Notes: generated by a model not told the origin, from the letters alone. A stretch of 64,000 bases of DNA from Verrucomicrobiota bacterium (GCA_041167585.1 JBEEHV010000005.1:13883-77882), one strand, 5' to 3'. Positions 27,701-37,143 are shown, counted from the first letter of the stretch. Translations and numbers: made by a program.

Positions 27701-28380
27701 AATCCGAACTACACCTGCTTGCCCCGTCTACCCTTCGCATTCTTATCGCCGACGATCATGATGTGATGCGCCAGGGAACGCGCGCGGTGATTGAGCGCCA
27801 GCCGGGCTGGGAAGTCTGCGGCATTGCCTGCACCGGCCGCGAAGCGGTGGCCCAGGCAATCGAACTGGAACCGGACATCGTCATCATGGATATGAGCATG
27901 CCGGAACTAAACGGCCTCGACGCGGCAATCCAGATCCGGCGACGCCTTCCTCGCACGGAAATTCTCATCTTCACCGCGCATGAAACGGATGAATTGATCC
28001 GCGAAGTTTTCGAGGCCGGCGCAAAAAGCTTCATCTTCAAAGCCGAGGCGCACATCTATCTGGTCGAAGCAATTCAATCGTTGGCGCAGCATAAGCCTTA
28101 CTTCACCAGCAAGGTCTCCGAGATTCTGTTTGCCGACATGCTGCATCGCTCGGAACGCGATGCCAGCGGATCCCAGCCCGGACAGCGACTCAGCCCGCGC
28201 GAGCGCGAAATCGTGCAGCTTTTATCCGAAGGTGGAAGCAACAAGGAAGTGGCGCGCTCGCTCGGCATTAGTGTTCGCACGGCGGAAACGCATCGTGCGA
28301 GCATTCTGCGCAAGCTCGGCCTTGAATCGATCGCCAGCCTGGTGCGCTACGCGATCCGCAACAAGATCATCGAAGCATGA
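27697..28380 (+). CDS. NarL/LuxR-family response regulator
   Basis: ATGA overlap with the upstream gene. REC: ILIADDHDVMRQG, IVIMDMSMPELNG. HTH: LSPREREIVQLLSEGGSNKEVARSLGISVRTAETHR. Confidence 0.9.
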   Translation: MKSELHLLAPSTLRILIADDHDVMRQGTRAVIERQPGWEVCGIACTGREAVAQAIELEPDIVIMDMSMPELNGLDAAIQIRRRLPRTEILIFTAHETDELIREVFEAGAKSFIFKAEAHIYLVEAIQSLAQHKPYFTSKVSEILFADMLHRSERDASGSQPGQRLSPREREIVQLLSEGGSNKEVARSLGISVRTAETHRASILRKLGLESIASLVRYAIRNKIIEA

Positions 28381-28787
28381 CCGTTAGCCCACCCGTGATT
28401 CCTGTGCAGGCCACTCCGGCGACGATCCTGGTGATCGACGACGACCTGGCGATGCGCACGATCCTCGGCATTACTCTCACGGCCCTGGGCTACGTGATCT
28501 TGGCGGCGGCAGACGGCGAGAAGGCGTTGGAAATTGCGCGCGTCCATCCGGAGATCCGGCTGATCATTCTCGATGTCGTGATGCCCGGATTTTCCGGGAA
28601 GAAGCTGGAGGAACAATTGAGGATCAACCTTCCGGGCTGTTCGGTCTTGTACTGTTCCGGGCATCCCGCTTCCGTCTTGCCTCGCTATGGGATCGATCCC
28701 GGGGCCCAGAATTTTTTGCAGAAACCCTGCCGCCCGCCCGAGCTCGAACGAAAAATCGAGGAATTACTAGCGCTTGGTCAAGGATGA
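28377..28787 (+). CDS. single-domain response regulator
   Basis: ILVIDDDLAMRTI, LIILDVVMPGFSG, QKP. ATGA overlap with the upstream gene. Confidence 0.85.
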   Translation: MTVSPPVIPVQATPATILVIDDDLAMRTILGITLTALGYVILAAADGEKALEIARVHPEIRLIILDVVMPGFSGKKLEEQLRINLPGCSVLYCSGHPASVLPRYGIDPGAQNFLQKPCRPPELERKIEELLALGQG

Positions 28788-28961
28788 CCCCACCTGATTT
28801 TCATCACTTCAAATGAGCCGGGCTCTGCCACGCTTCAGTGTCGTTAGGCAAATCCCGAGTCCGGGTGTAGTTTGGACGCGCAGTAATTGTCGCAGCGTCA
28901 ATCGACCGCGGGTGCGGGCCCTTCCCTCTGCACCTGAAAGCGATCACATCGCTCCAACGTT

Positions 28962-29744
28962 ATGATGCACGAATTCCTGACAGAGAACCGGGGCGAATTA
29001 ATCGAGCGCTGCCGGATGAAAGTCGCGCAAAGGCCGGCTCCGCGCGGCACAGCCGAGGAACTGGACCATGGGATCACCCTGTTCCTCGATCAAATCATCA
29101 AGACCCTCAAGGCGGAGGAACTATCGCACGGCGCGGAAAGCAACCGGCTCTCAGGTCCCGCGAGTGGAGTGGATGCCGTTCTTTCCGAGATGGGGATCGG
29201 AGCGAAGGAGCATGGCCGCGAGTTGTTGCAGAACGGTTTCACGATCGAACAGGTCGTGCACGATTACGGTGACCTCTGCCAGGCCGTGACCGATCTCGCC
29301 GTCGAACTGAACGTACCGATCTCGAACGACGAATTTCGCACGCTGAACCGCTGCCTCGATAACGCCATCGCCGTCGCGGCCACGGAGTTCAACGTGCAGC
29401 GCGATAATGTTTTTGCGGACAAGGACGCGCGCGAGAACGAGCGGCTGGGATTTTTCGCCCATGAACTGCGCAACCATCTCAACAGCGCAACCCTCGCGCT
29501 TACCGCGATCAAAGCGGGCTCGGTGGGACTGACCGGCGCCACCGGCGCTGTCCTCGACCGAAGCCTGGTCGGATTAAAACGCCTGATCCCGACGGACCTG
29601 ACGTCAATGCCAGGCCGGATCGCGACTGTCGTGAGTTATCCGAGAGCTAGAATACGTTTTTCAAGGACTTGGAGTTCGCCTGGCGGAACCACTGGTTCGT
29701 CGAGCAATTCTCTAACCTTGCGAGCCAGCGTCGCGGGCGTGTGA
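28962..29744 (+). pseudogene. 3'-truncated sensor histidine kinase (RsbRD_N-like N-terminus + DHp H-box, no HATPase_c)
   Basis: MMHEFLTENRGELIERCRMKVAQRP... up to FFAHELRNHLNSATLALTAIKAGSVGLTGATGAVLDRSLVGLKRLI looks kinase-like. Beyond about nt 29590 the frame reads antisense through the 3' end of the convergent gene 29636..31243, and no ATP-binding domain follows. Confidence 0.55.
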
Positions 29745-31243
29745 GGCTTAAGTAACAGGTGGACCTCTGGGTCGAGCGCGCCCTCGGGCGCAATGGCGTC
29801 GTCCGTGTAACCCGACGTAAAGAGAATCTTGAGGCCGGGATGGTCCACGAGCATTTTGTTCGCCATCACTCTGCCGTTCATTCCGGGCATGATCACATCA
29901 GTGATTACCAGACTGATCGGTGTTCCCTGGTGCTCGCGCACGGCGCGCAACCCATCGAGGCCGTCCGAAGCTAATAGCACCTTGTAACCGCGCTTCTCCA
30001 ACACAGTGCGCGCCAGATTCCTCAGCGACGCCTCATCTTCCACGATCAACAATGTTTCCGTGCCGCCTTTCGCTGCCTCGATTTGGTTTACGCTGGCGGG
30101 AGCGTCAACGCCCGGTTTGTCGACCCGCGGGAAATAAACATTAAAAACGGTGCCGTGGCCCAGTTTGCTGGATACGTCGATGTGCCCCCCAGATTGCCGG
30201 ACAATGCTTTGGCAGGTCGCGAGACCAAGGCCGGTGCCTTTGCCTATTGGCTTGGTGGTGAAAAAGGCTTCAAACAGATGCGCTTTAATATCGTCGGTCA
30301 TGCCCGTGCCGGTGTCGCTCACGCTCAACCTGACAAAATCGCCGGGCTTCTCGCCTGGGTGGGCGTCAGCGTAATCTTGATCCAGGGTGACGTTGGCGGT
30401 TGCGATAGTCAGGTTGCCGCCGTCAGGCATGGCATCGCGGGCATTGACTACCAAATTCATGAGGACCTGCCCGATATAGCCATTGTCAGCGCAAATACGC
30501 CCGCCGGAATTGTCACCAGTAATCGTCATTCCAATGTTCGCGCCAATAAGCCGGCCGAGCATGCTCTCGAGTTTTTGAACCGAGTTCTGGAGGTCGAGGA
30601 CGACGGGCTGCACGGTTTGCTTGCGGCTAAAGACCAGCAATTGTTTAGTTAACCCCGCCGCTCTCTCCGAGGCGTCCCGGATTTCCACCGCGCATTGGTA
30701 GAGGTTGCCGTTCGGGTTCACCTCGCTCAACATCACTTCGTTGTAGCCCATGATAACGGCCAGAATATTATTGAAGTCGTGGGCTACACCGCCCGCGAGC
30801 CGGCCGATTACCTCCATCTTTTGAGCCTCGATGAAGCGCTCCTCGAGGCGTTGCCGTTCGAGTCGTGCATTGACTTCCTCCATGGCCCGCTTCACCGCGG
30901 GAGCCAGCCGTGCCAGGCTGCCTTTCAGGATGTAATCCGTGGCCCCGTTCTTGAGCGAATCGACGGCCTTTTCTTCGCCCAGGGTCCCGGAAACGAAAAT
31001 GACGGGCACATCAGGGCACCTGGTGTGCGCGATTTCCAAGGCCGAAATACCATCAAACCCTGGCATCGAGTAATCCGAGAGGATTAAGTCAATCTCACCG
31101 GCATCGAGGGCGGTTTCAAATGCGTCACGAGTGTGAACGCGGCGGGTAGTGGAGAAGATGGCGCCGGCTCCGAGACTGGCCTGAACGAGCGCCGCATCGT
31201 TCTCATCATCTTCCAAGTGCAGAATTCTAAGAGCTGGCTTCAT
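29636..31243 (-). CDS. hybrid histidine kinase REC + HisKA + HATPase_c + REC (module B)
   Basis: REC: ILHLEDDENDAAL, LILSDYSMPGFDG. H-box: GVAHDFNNILAV. G boxes: DTGTGMT, GTGLGLATC. C-terminal REC: LLIVEDEASL..LVITDVIMPGMNG. Confidence 0.9.
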   Translation of the reverse strand: MKPALRILHLEDDENDAALVQASLGAGAIFSTTRRVHTRDAFETALDAGEIDLILSDYSMPGFDGISALEIAHTRCPDVPVIFVSGTLGEEKAVDSLKNGATDYILKGSLARLAPAVKRAMEEVNARLERQRLEERFIEAQKMEVIGRLAGGVAHDFNNILAVIMGYNEVMLSEVNPNGNLYQCAVEIRDASERAAGLTKQLLVFSRKQTVQPVVLDLQNSVQKLESMLGRLIGANIGMTITGDNSGGRICADNGYIGQVLMNLVVNARDAMPDGGNLTIATANVTLDQDYADAHPGEKPGDFVRLSVSDTGTGMTDDIKAHLFEAFFTTKPIGKGTGLGLATCQSIVRQSGGHIDVSSKLGHGTVFNVYFPRVDKPGVDAPASVNQIEAAKGGTETLLIVEDEASLRNLARTVLEKRGYKVLLASDGLDGLRAVREHQGTPISLVITDVIMPGMNGRVMANKMLVDHPGLKILFTSGYTDDAIAPEGALDPEVHLLLKPHTPATLARKVRELLDEPVVPPGELQVLEKRILALG

Positions 31244-31737
31244 GCAGCCTCCCTTATCGTTCGCGGCATCACTTCAGCATTGCCCGTGAGGATTTCTTCT
31301 CGCGGCAACGGCCGCGGAGGTTCATTGATCGCCGCCCAGAAAATACCGAGCCGCTTTACCGCTTTGATAAACTCGGAAAAATCAACCGGCTTCACCACGT
31401 AGGCGTTGACTCCGTACTTATAGCTCTCGATCAAATCCGGCTCTTCGCGAGAGGAAGTCAGGACCACTACCGGAGTCGTTTTCAAATTCGCGTCGCCCTT
31501 GATGATCTTTAACACTTCCAGTCCTGAGACCTTCGGCATCTTGAGATCCAGCAGGACCACCACGGGAGGACCGCTGGTCCGTGTTTTGAACTTCTCGCGG
31601 CAGTAAAGATAATCCAGGCCCTGCGCACCGTCGCTTACCACGACAACGCCATTGGCCAGGTTATGTTCGGCGAGCGCCGCCAGCGTGAGTTCCACGTCAT
31701 GGGGATCGTCTTCTACCAGTAGAATATGTTTGACCAT
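31240..31737 (-). CDS. single-domain response regulator (module B, paralog of 24949..25392)
   Basis: ATG at 31737 (MVKHILLVEDDPHDVEL). VVLLDLKMPKVSGLEVL, VVVLTSS, YVVKP. ATGA overlap with the downstream hybrid kinase. The longer ORF extending to 31935 overlaps the upstream kinase. Confidence 0.9.
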   Translation of the reverse strand: MVKHILLVEDDPHDVELTLAALAEHNLANGVVVVSDGAQGLDYLYCREKFKTRTSGPPVVVLLDLKMPKVSGLEVLKIIKGDANLKTTPVVVLTSSREEPDLIESYKYGVNAYVVKPVDFSEFIKAVKRLGIFWAAINEPPRPLPREEILTGNAEVMPRTIREAA

Positions 31738-31738
31738 T

Positions 31739-33466
31739 TTAGGAGTTTGTTTGTGCTGGAATCGAAAAATAGAATGTTGCGCCGGCGCCCACCACGCCTT
31801 CGGCCCAGACCCGGCCCCCGTGGCGGTGAATGATGCGCTGGACGCTGGCCAGGCCGATGCCGGTGCCTTCAAACTCGGCGACGGTGTGTAACCGTTGGAA
31901 GACTCCAAACAGTTTGCTGACATACCGCTGGTCAAAGCCCGCGCCGTTGTCGCGAACGAAGATCACCGTTTCATTATCGCCATTAGGAACGGAGCCGATC
32001 TCAATCCTGGTCTCGGGGTTATGGGAGGTAAACTTGATCGCGTTGGAAATCAGATTGCCTAACACCAGGCGCAACAAGGCCCGATCGCATTCGATCACGG
32101 GCAGCGGGGTGATCTCCCAATCGACATCGCGCCCTTCCAGGTCGCCCTTGAAATCGCCCAGCGTCTCCCGAACCAGGCCATCGAGATTGACCCGGCTCTT
32201 TATCATTTCCGAACGTCCGATCTGTGAGAACGACAGCAGGTCGTCAATCAAACTTCCCATCCGTTTGGCCGACCTGGAAATGGTGGCCAGATGGCCCAGG
32301 CCTTTTTCCGAAAGTGAAGACCCCGCCTCTCGCTGGAGCAGTTCCACAAAACCAATCACGTGGCGCAAAGGCGCACGCAGATCGTGGGAGACCGAGTAAC
32401 TGAAAGCTTCCAGTTCGGCGTTCAGCTCGATGATCCGCTTCTCTACCCGCTTTCGGTCCATGATGTCTCGCGCCACCTTCGACGCTCCCACGATCCTGCC
32501 AGCCGAATCCTTGATGGCAGAAATAGTGATGGAGACGTCTATTTGCTGGCCGTTCTTTGCCACCCGCACCGTATCAAAGGGCCGTACGCTCTCGTCCCGC
32601 TTGATCTTTTCGAGAATTTCCTTCTCTTCATCAAGCCGTCCCACGGGAATCAAAGGCGCAATCGGGCGGCCTACCATTTCGGCTGCGGTATACCCAAAAA
32701 TTTTCTCGGCGCCGCCGTTCCAGGTTTGGATGATGCCCTCCAGATCCTTCCCGATAATCGCGTCTTCCGAGGATTCCACGATTGCCGCCAGCCGGAGGGC
32801 CGTTTTCTCGGCCTGCCTGCGTTCGGTTGTGTCGCGGATGTTGCACTGGATAAGGCGTTTTTCGCCCTCAAGGTAGGCGTTGCTGATGAATTCAACTTCG
32901 ACCCGCTGCCCATCCTTGGTTTCCAACGGCAAACCTTCATAGCGAAGACGGTCATTGAGCTGGAGTTCGGCGAAGGCGACTTTGGAAGCAGCCTCGCCTT
33001 TGAAGGGGCCGATGTCCCACAGCTTGCGCCCGAGAAACTCCTCCTGCGAATAACCTAGCAGAGCTTTCATGAACGGATTGGCGTCCACCACCTGCCCCGT
33101 TCCCGCATCGAGAATGAGAATGCCGTCCTGCGCCGTTTCAAACAGCCGCCGGTAGCTGATTCCGGAGTCGAGGAGGGCTTGGACGCTGCGCGCCTCGGCG
33201 TGTTCGGTCCGGGTATTAGCTTCGTTCGTCCGGAGATTTGCCTGGTCCGTCCGAGTGTTGGCTTGCTCCGTTCGATTGTTGGCTTGCTCTGTCCGAGTGT
33301 TGGCTTGCTCCGTTCGCGCCTCGGCCTGTCTCGCTCGAGTATTTGCCTGATCCACCAGGATCTCCGCCCGCTCCTCGCGAGGCAAACCGGGGCCTGAGTT
33401 TTCCGCTAATCCTGTGGAAGCTCCGGCTTTTTCGTTCGTTGTTACCACGCTACCCCTGCGTAGCAC
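31739..33466 (-). CDS. cytoplasmic sensor histidine kinase: heptad-repeat N-terminus + 2 PAS + HisKA + HATPase_c (module B, paralog of 23081..24952)
   Basis: QANTRARQAEARTEQANTRTEQANNRTEQANTRTDQANLRTNEANTRTEHAEARS, then the same SYRRLFE..GILILDA PAS start as module A. H-box: FSYSVSHDLRAPLRHV. Confidence 0.9.
   Translation of the reverse strand: MLRRGSVVTTNEKAGASTGLAENSGPGLPREERAEILVDQANTRARQAEARTEQANTRTEQANNRTEQANTRTDQANLRTNEANTRTEHAEARSVQALLDSGISYRRLFETAQDGILILDAGTGQVVDANPFMKALLGYSQEEFLGRKLWDIGPFKGEAASKVAFAELQLNDRLRYEGLPLETKDGQRVEVEFISNAYLEGEKRLIQCNIRDTTERRQAEKTALRLAAIVESSEDAIIGKDLEGIIQTWNGGAEKIFGYTAAEMVGRPIAPLIPVGRLDEEKEILEKIKRDESVRPFDTVRVAKNGQQIDVSITISAIKDSAGRIVGASKVARDIMDRKRVEKRIIELNAELEAFSYSVSHDLRAPLRHVIGFVELLQREAGSSLSEKGLGHLATISRSAKRMGSLIDDLLSFSQIGRSEMIKSRVNLDGLVRETLGDFKGDLEGRDVDWEITPLPVIECDRALLRLVLGNLISNAIKFTSHNPETRIEIGSVPNGDNETVIFVRDNGAGFDQRYVSKLFGVFQRLHTVAEFEGTGIGLASVQRIIHRHGGRVWAEGVVGAGATFYFSIPAQTNS
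33188..33361 (-). repeat. 21-bp tandem repeat (about 8 units) encoding the heptad TEQAN(T/N)R
   Basis: Residues 36-93 of the 31739..33466 protein. Repeat-shaped ORFs on the + strand (33179..33397, 33238..33630) mirror it. Confidence 0.85.
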
Positions 33467-33552
33467 CCGATGAGCCCTTGAAACTGTTTCGTCCGAAGGG
33501 AACTACGTATTTGTGGATGGTACAATCTGGAGGACTCCTGAAAATTTCTCCC

Positions 33553-33628
33553 TCTCAACAGGCGATGATGCACGCTCAGATTGCCACGATCCGAAAGGAG
33601 ATCCCTCTCAGCATCGATACCGTTAGGT
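33553..33628 (+). repeat. solitary attC-like imperfect palindrome (plus orientation), weak member of the family seen at 36.2-47.8 kb
   Basis: TCTCAAC-AGGCGATGATGCACGC...CTCAGCATCGATACC-GTTAGGT. It shares AGGCGATG, CTCA.CATC and the terminal CGTTAGGT with the array consensus. The 5' box is imperfect. Confidence 0.3.
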
Positions 33629-33725
33629 AAAAGAGATTCGCGGCTGTAGATTCCGCTTCCAACAATCCCACCGTTGATCGACCGCGTGGGGCGGCTTCTC
33701 CCCTCCGCGGTTAGTCCTTTTGATT

Positions 33726-33875
33726 ATGCCAAAACAACCCGCATCCAAAACCGCCGACAAGCGGCAAGCGCAGAAACGAAAAACGAGAAAGCCGCAGATG
33801 GTTTCTCCGAAAGATCGCAAGCAACTGGCCCACAACGCGCCGGTCCGGCGCGCTGCGAGTAAAGCCCGCGAATAG
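33726..33875 (+). CDS. possible small basic protein (49 aa)
   Basis: ATG..TAG ORF below the track threshold: MPKQPASKTADKRQAQKRKTRKPQMVSPKDRKQLAHNAPVRRAASKARE. It ends 11 nt before the next start. There is no other support. Confidence 0.3.
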   Translation: MPKQPASKTADKRQAQKRKTRKPQMVSPKDRKQLAHNAPVRRAASKARE

Positions 33876-33886
33876 TCCCGAGCCAT

Positions 33887-34369
33887 ATGGGAACTCGCGA
33901 AGATCTTAATGCGGATATTGCCGCGCACCCCTTCCTGCTGGGGCTGAATGAGCACCACGTGCGGCTCCTCGCCGATTGCGCTACGCGCGTGGGGTTCCAA
34001 CCCAATCACGTAGTTTTCCGGGAGGGCGAAACGGCTAACCGGTTTTATCTGATTGAACGCGGTGAAGTGGTCCTCGAAACGAACACCGCCGCCGGTAAGA
34101 CCGTGCTGATCGACCGGATCGGAAATGGCGACCTGCTCGGTTGGTCGTGGCTTTTCCCACCGCACGTGTGGCATTTCACGGCGCGAGCGAGCGAGGCTAC
34201 CACGGCGATTTTCTTCTACGGCACAATCCTGCGCGAATATTGCGAGAAAGATCACACTCTCGGATACGCGCTCCTCAAGCGGATGAGCGAAGTGATGACC
34301 CGTCGCCTGCAACGGGCCCGGGCGAAACTCGCAGAGGAGCAAGGAGCAGCCGCCTCGACCGCGACGTGA
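33887..34369 (+). CDS. cyclic-nucleotide-binding domain protein (no DNA-binding domain)
   Basis: FREGETANRFYLIERGEVVLE ... GDLLGWSWL, a cNMP-binding beta-barrel pattern. Only 160 aa. Confidence 0.8.
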   Translation: MGTREDLNADIAAHPFLLGLNEHHVRLLADCATRVGFQPNHVVFREGETANRFYLIERGEVVLETNTAAGKTVLIDRIGNGDLLGWSWLFPPHVWHFTARASEATTAIFFYGTILREYCEKDHTLGYALLKRMSEVMTRRLQRARAKLAEEQGAAASTAT

Positions 34370-34409
34370 GCCGCACCATCGGATGTTTTAAACCGGACCG
34401 AGCTTCCTT

Positions 34410-35093
34410 ATGTTACAAAGCATTCAACATCGCTTCGGAGAGAAACTACGCGCGTCGGACGGCGAAATCGGGCACGTCAGGGACTATTACTTCGACGACA
34501 AGACCTGGAACATTCGCTATCTGGTCGCCGATACCGGTCATTGGCTCGCAGGTCGGCTGGTGCTTATTTCTCCTCAGGCCTTTGGTCATCTTTACCCGGA
34601 AGGGAAGGTCCTTCTCGTCAACTTGACCCGACAGCAGATCGAGCACAGTCCTTCAATCGACCGGCACAAGCCAGTGTCTCGCCAGCATGAGGAGGATTAC
34701 CATCAATACTTCGGGTACAATTACTACGCGGAAGCGATGCCGTCGTGGGGCCGAGCCGGCTTCCCCGTGATAGTTCCTGCTCCGCCAGCGAGCATGAGTG
34801 AACAGAGCGTAGGCGATCCGCACCTGCGCAGCGCGAAGGAACTCATTGGATACAGCGTGGAGGCAAATGACGGAACAGTCGGGGGAGTGACCGACTTTCT
34901 GATCGACGGGAGGACATGGGTGATCCGCGAGGTCGTGGTGGAATGCGGACCTTCCTTCGCGGGCAAGAAGGTAACCGTGCCGACGGAGAAGATTTCGCGG
35001 ATCAACTACAAACTCCGCACGGTTCACGCAGATTCTACTAAGCGGGCGTCCGCCACGGCTTCGGAACATCATCATCACATCCACACCGCGTGA
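34410..35093 (+). CDS. tandem PRC-barrel domain protein
   Basis: Two PRC-barrel-like units: SDGEIGHVRDYYFDDKTWNIRYLVADTG and EANDGTVGGVTDFLIDGRTWVIREVVVE. Confidence 0.75.
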   Translation: MLQSIQHRFGEKLRASDGEIGHVRDYYFDDKTWNIRYLVADTGHWLAGRLVLISPQAFGHLYPEGKVLLVNLTRQQIEHSPSIDRHKPVSRQHEEDYHQYFGYNYYAEAMPSWGRAGFPVIVPAPPASMSEQSVGDPHLRSAKELIGYSVEANDGTVGGVTDFLIDGRTWVIREVVVECGPSFAGKKVTVPTEKISRINYKLRTVHADSTKRASATASEHHHHIHTA

Positions 35094-35121
35094 AGACGAG
35101 AACGGGTGTGATACTGGCGGG

Positions 35122-36162
35122 ATGAAGGCGCTAACCTATCTCGGCCCGGGCCGCCGCGCCTTGGAAGAAAGGCCGAAGCCTTTCATCAAGGCGGCGACCG
35201 ATGCCATTGTCCGCGTCACCGCTACGACCATCTGTGGAACCGATCTCCATATTCTGAAAGGAGATGTGCCTTCGGTTACCGCGGGGCGAATCCTGGGACA
35301 CGAGGGAGTAGGCATCATCGAGGAAGTAGGCGCGAGCGTATCGAACTTCCAGGTCGGGACCCATGTTCTTATCTCCTGCATCACTTCTTGTGGGAAGTGC
35401 ACCAACTGCAGGAAAGGTATGTTCTCCCACTGCGAAAACGGCGGAGGTTGGATCCTGGGTAACACCATTGATGGGACCCAGGCGGAATACGTTCGAATTC
35501 CTCACGCCGATAATAGCTTGCATCCGATTCCCGCCGGCGCCGATGAGGAAGCGCTCGTGATGTTGAGCGACATTCTGCCGACTGGCTACGAGTGCGGTGT
35601 CCTGAATGGCAGGGTCAAACCCGGCGACACGGTAGCTATTGTTGGAGCGGGCCCGATAGGTTTGGCCGCCCTTCTCACCGCGCAATTCTACGCGCCGGCG
35701 GCGCTCATCATGATCGACGCGGACAAGAATCGCCTGGAACTTTCCACCAGCTTTGGAGCGACCAATGTCGTAAGCAACATTGGCAACGCGGTCCCGGAAG
35801 TGATGGCGCTCACGGACAATAGAGGCGTGGATGTCGCCATCGAAGCTGTCGGAGTGCCGGAGAGTTTTGACACCTGTCAACGGATCGTGGCTGCCGGTGG
35901 ACATATCGCGAACATCGGCGTCCACGGAAAGCCGGTGCAACTAAACCTGGACAAGCTTTGGTCGCACAATGTCACAATAACGACAGGCCTGGTTGATACC
36001 GTGACGACGCCTTTGCTCTTGAAGACTGTGATTGCTCGGAAGCTCCAGCCAGAACAGCTCATCACTCATCATTTCCCCTTCAGCGAAGCGATGAAGGCCT
36101 ACGACACTTTTTCCGATGCTATCAATCAGCGTGCCCTCAAGGTAATAATCACTAACGCATAA
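35122..36162 (+). CDS. zinc-dependent NAD(P) alcohol dehydrogenase (MDR family)
   Basis: GHEGVGIIEEVG; structural-zinc cysteines CITSCGKCTNCRKGMFSHC; Rossmann VGAGPIGL. Confidence 0.9.
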   Translation: MKALTYLGPGRRALEERPKPFIKAATDAIVRVTATTICGTDLHILKGDVPSVTAGRILGHEGVGIIEEVGASVSNFQVGTHVLISCITSCGKCTNCRKGMFSHCENGGGWILGNTIDGTQAEYVRIPHADNSLHPIPAGADEEALVMLSDILPTGYECGVLNGRVKPGDTVAIVGAGPIGLAALLTAQFYAPAALIMIDADKNRLELSTSFGATNVVSNIGNAVPEVMALTDNRGVDVAIEAVGVPESFDTCQRIVAAGGHIANIGVHGKPVQLNLDKLWSHNVTITTGLVDTVTTPLLLKTVIARKLQPEQLITHHFPFSEAMKAYDTFSDAINQRALKVIITNA

Positions 36163-36234
36163 GCACGCCGGGAACGCTGGTCTACCTCCAAACTTTCCAA
36201 GAGATCCAGGGGCTTTAACAACTGTTAGTTTACA

Positions 36235-36351
36235 GTTAGCGAGCGCTACGACCTTGCCGCGTCACGCGCGTGTGGCTGCAAGTGGAAGGTCGTAGCTACT
36301 CTCAGCGGGGAAACAGAGCGGGGCGCGGTTAGCTGCATCGCTTGGTTAGAT
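36235..36351 (-). repeat. distal, atypical attC-like site of array A
   Basis: Minus-strand read: ATCTAAC-CAAGCGATGCAGC... central 11-bp stem (36245-36255 / 36286-36296) ...GCGCTCGCTAAC. The R'' arm is typical, but the R' end reads CTCGCTAAC in place of CTCGTTAGG. Confidence 0.45.
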
Positions 36352-36369
36352 GGTTGGTCGTGAGACAAA

Positions 36370-37005
36370 CTACTTCTCCGGGTTTTCTAGTGCGCTCGGC
36401 CCGCGCTTTGCGACCGCCACGCCAAGGCCGGCTAGCCCAACGCTGAAGATCCCGTTGGCGATGATGGCCCCCCACGCATGAAGCGGACTCGCCTGAAGAA
36501 GCGGGATTAAGACCAACCCGGCCGCGGCTGCGATTGCAGCCCACCGCGGAAGAATCCCGGTTCGCCAGACACTGATCGCCAGCAGCAGCCATCCCAGCGC
36601 AAACACTCCGGCGGCCGAAGCGAAACCGATACTGGTCAACGGGTGCTTATCGATCGCACTGAGTGCCGCGAGGTTAATCCCAGCGAGCGGGTAAAAAACA
36701 AAAACATCGGTGAATTCCACTGCAAAGAGGAGGCAGCTTCCGATAAAAGCAAAAACAAATGAGACGGCACCAAACCGGCCAGCGCGATCCCTCTGCATTA
36801 GGTGCACTCCGAGCGACCCGAAGATCAACATCAACGCGGCCAGGCCCGAGAGTGACTGCCGAAACAAAAATAGACCCGTTGTCTCAGGAGGAATGCCTAA
36901 GCTGCGACTGTGAAACATCAGCGGCGCGATGATAGCATTGACGGCTAGCGTCAAAAGGGCGCCACACAACAACCCGATGCCGCAAGGTCGTAGAAAGGTC
37001 TTCAT
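36370..37005 (-). CDS. cassette ORF: polytopic membrane protein, function unknown
   Basis: About 6 hydrophobic helices. ATG at 37005 (MKTFLRPCGIGLLCGALL). The ORF is open up to 37089. Confidence 0.65.
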   Translation of the reverse strand: MKTFLRPCGIGLLCGALLTLAVNAIIAPLMFHSRSLGIPPETTGLFLFRQSLSGLAALMLIFGSLGVHLMQRDRAGRFGAVSFVFAFIGSCLLFAVEFTDVFVFYPLAGINLAALSAIDKHPLTSIGFASAAGVFALGWLLLAISVWRTGILPRWAAIAAAAGLVLIPLLQASPLHAWGAIIANGIFSVGLAGLGVAVAKRGPSALENPEK

Positions 37006-37143
37006 GATCGCCAGTTTGGGTGTGAGCTGGCGCGGGCGGCCCGTTTCAGCATGCATCATCACCACCACTGAGATGCAGCCATCGGCCAATCCGGATTCAA
37101 GTAAATGAGCAGAAGCGCGCCTCGTGCAGACGGGGCTTTGAGC

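Noticed and set aside
33623-34342. 239-aa minus-strand ORF
   Set aside because: It is antisense to the well-supported cNMP-binding gene and has poor composition. Its 5' part covers the intergenic region that holds the small basic ORF.
35131-35940. 269-aa minus-strand ORF
   Set aside because: It lies entirely antisense to the Zn-alcohol dehydrogenase gene, which carries all family motifs.
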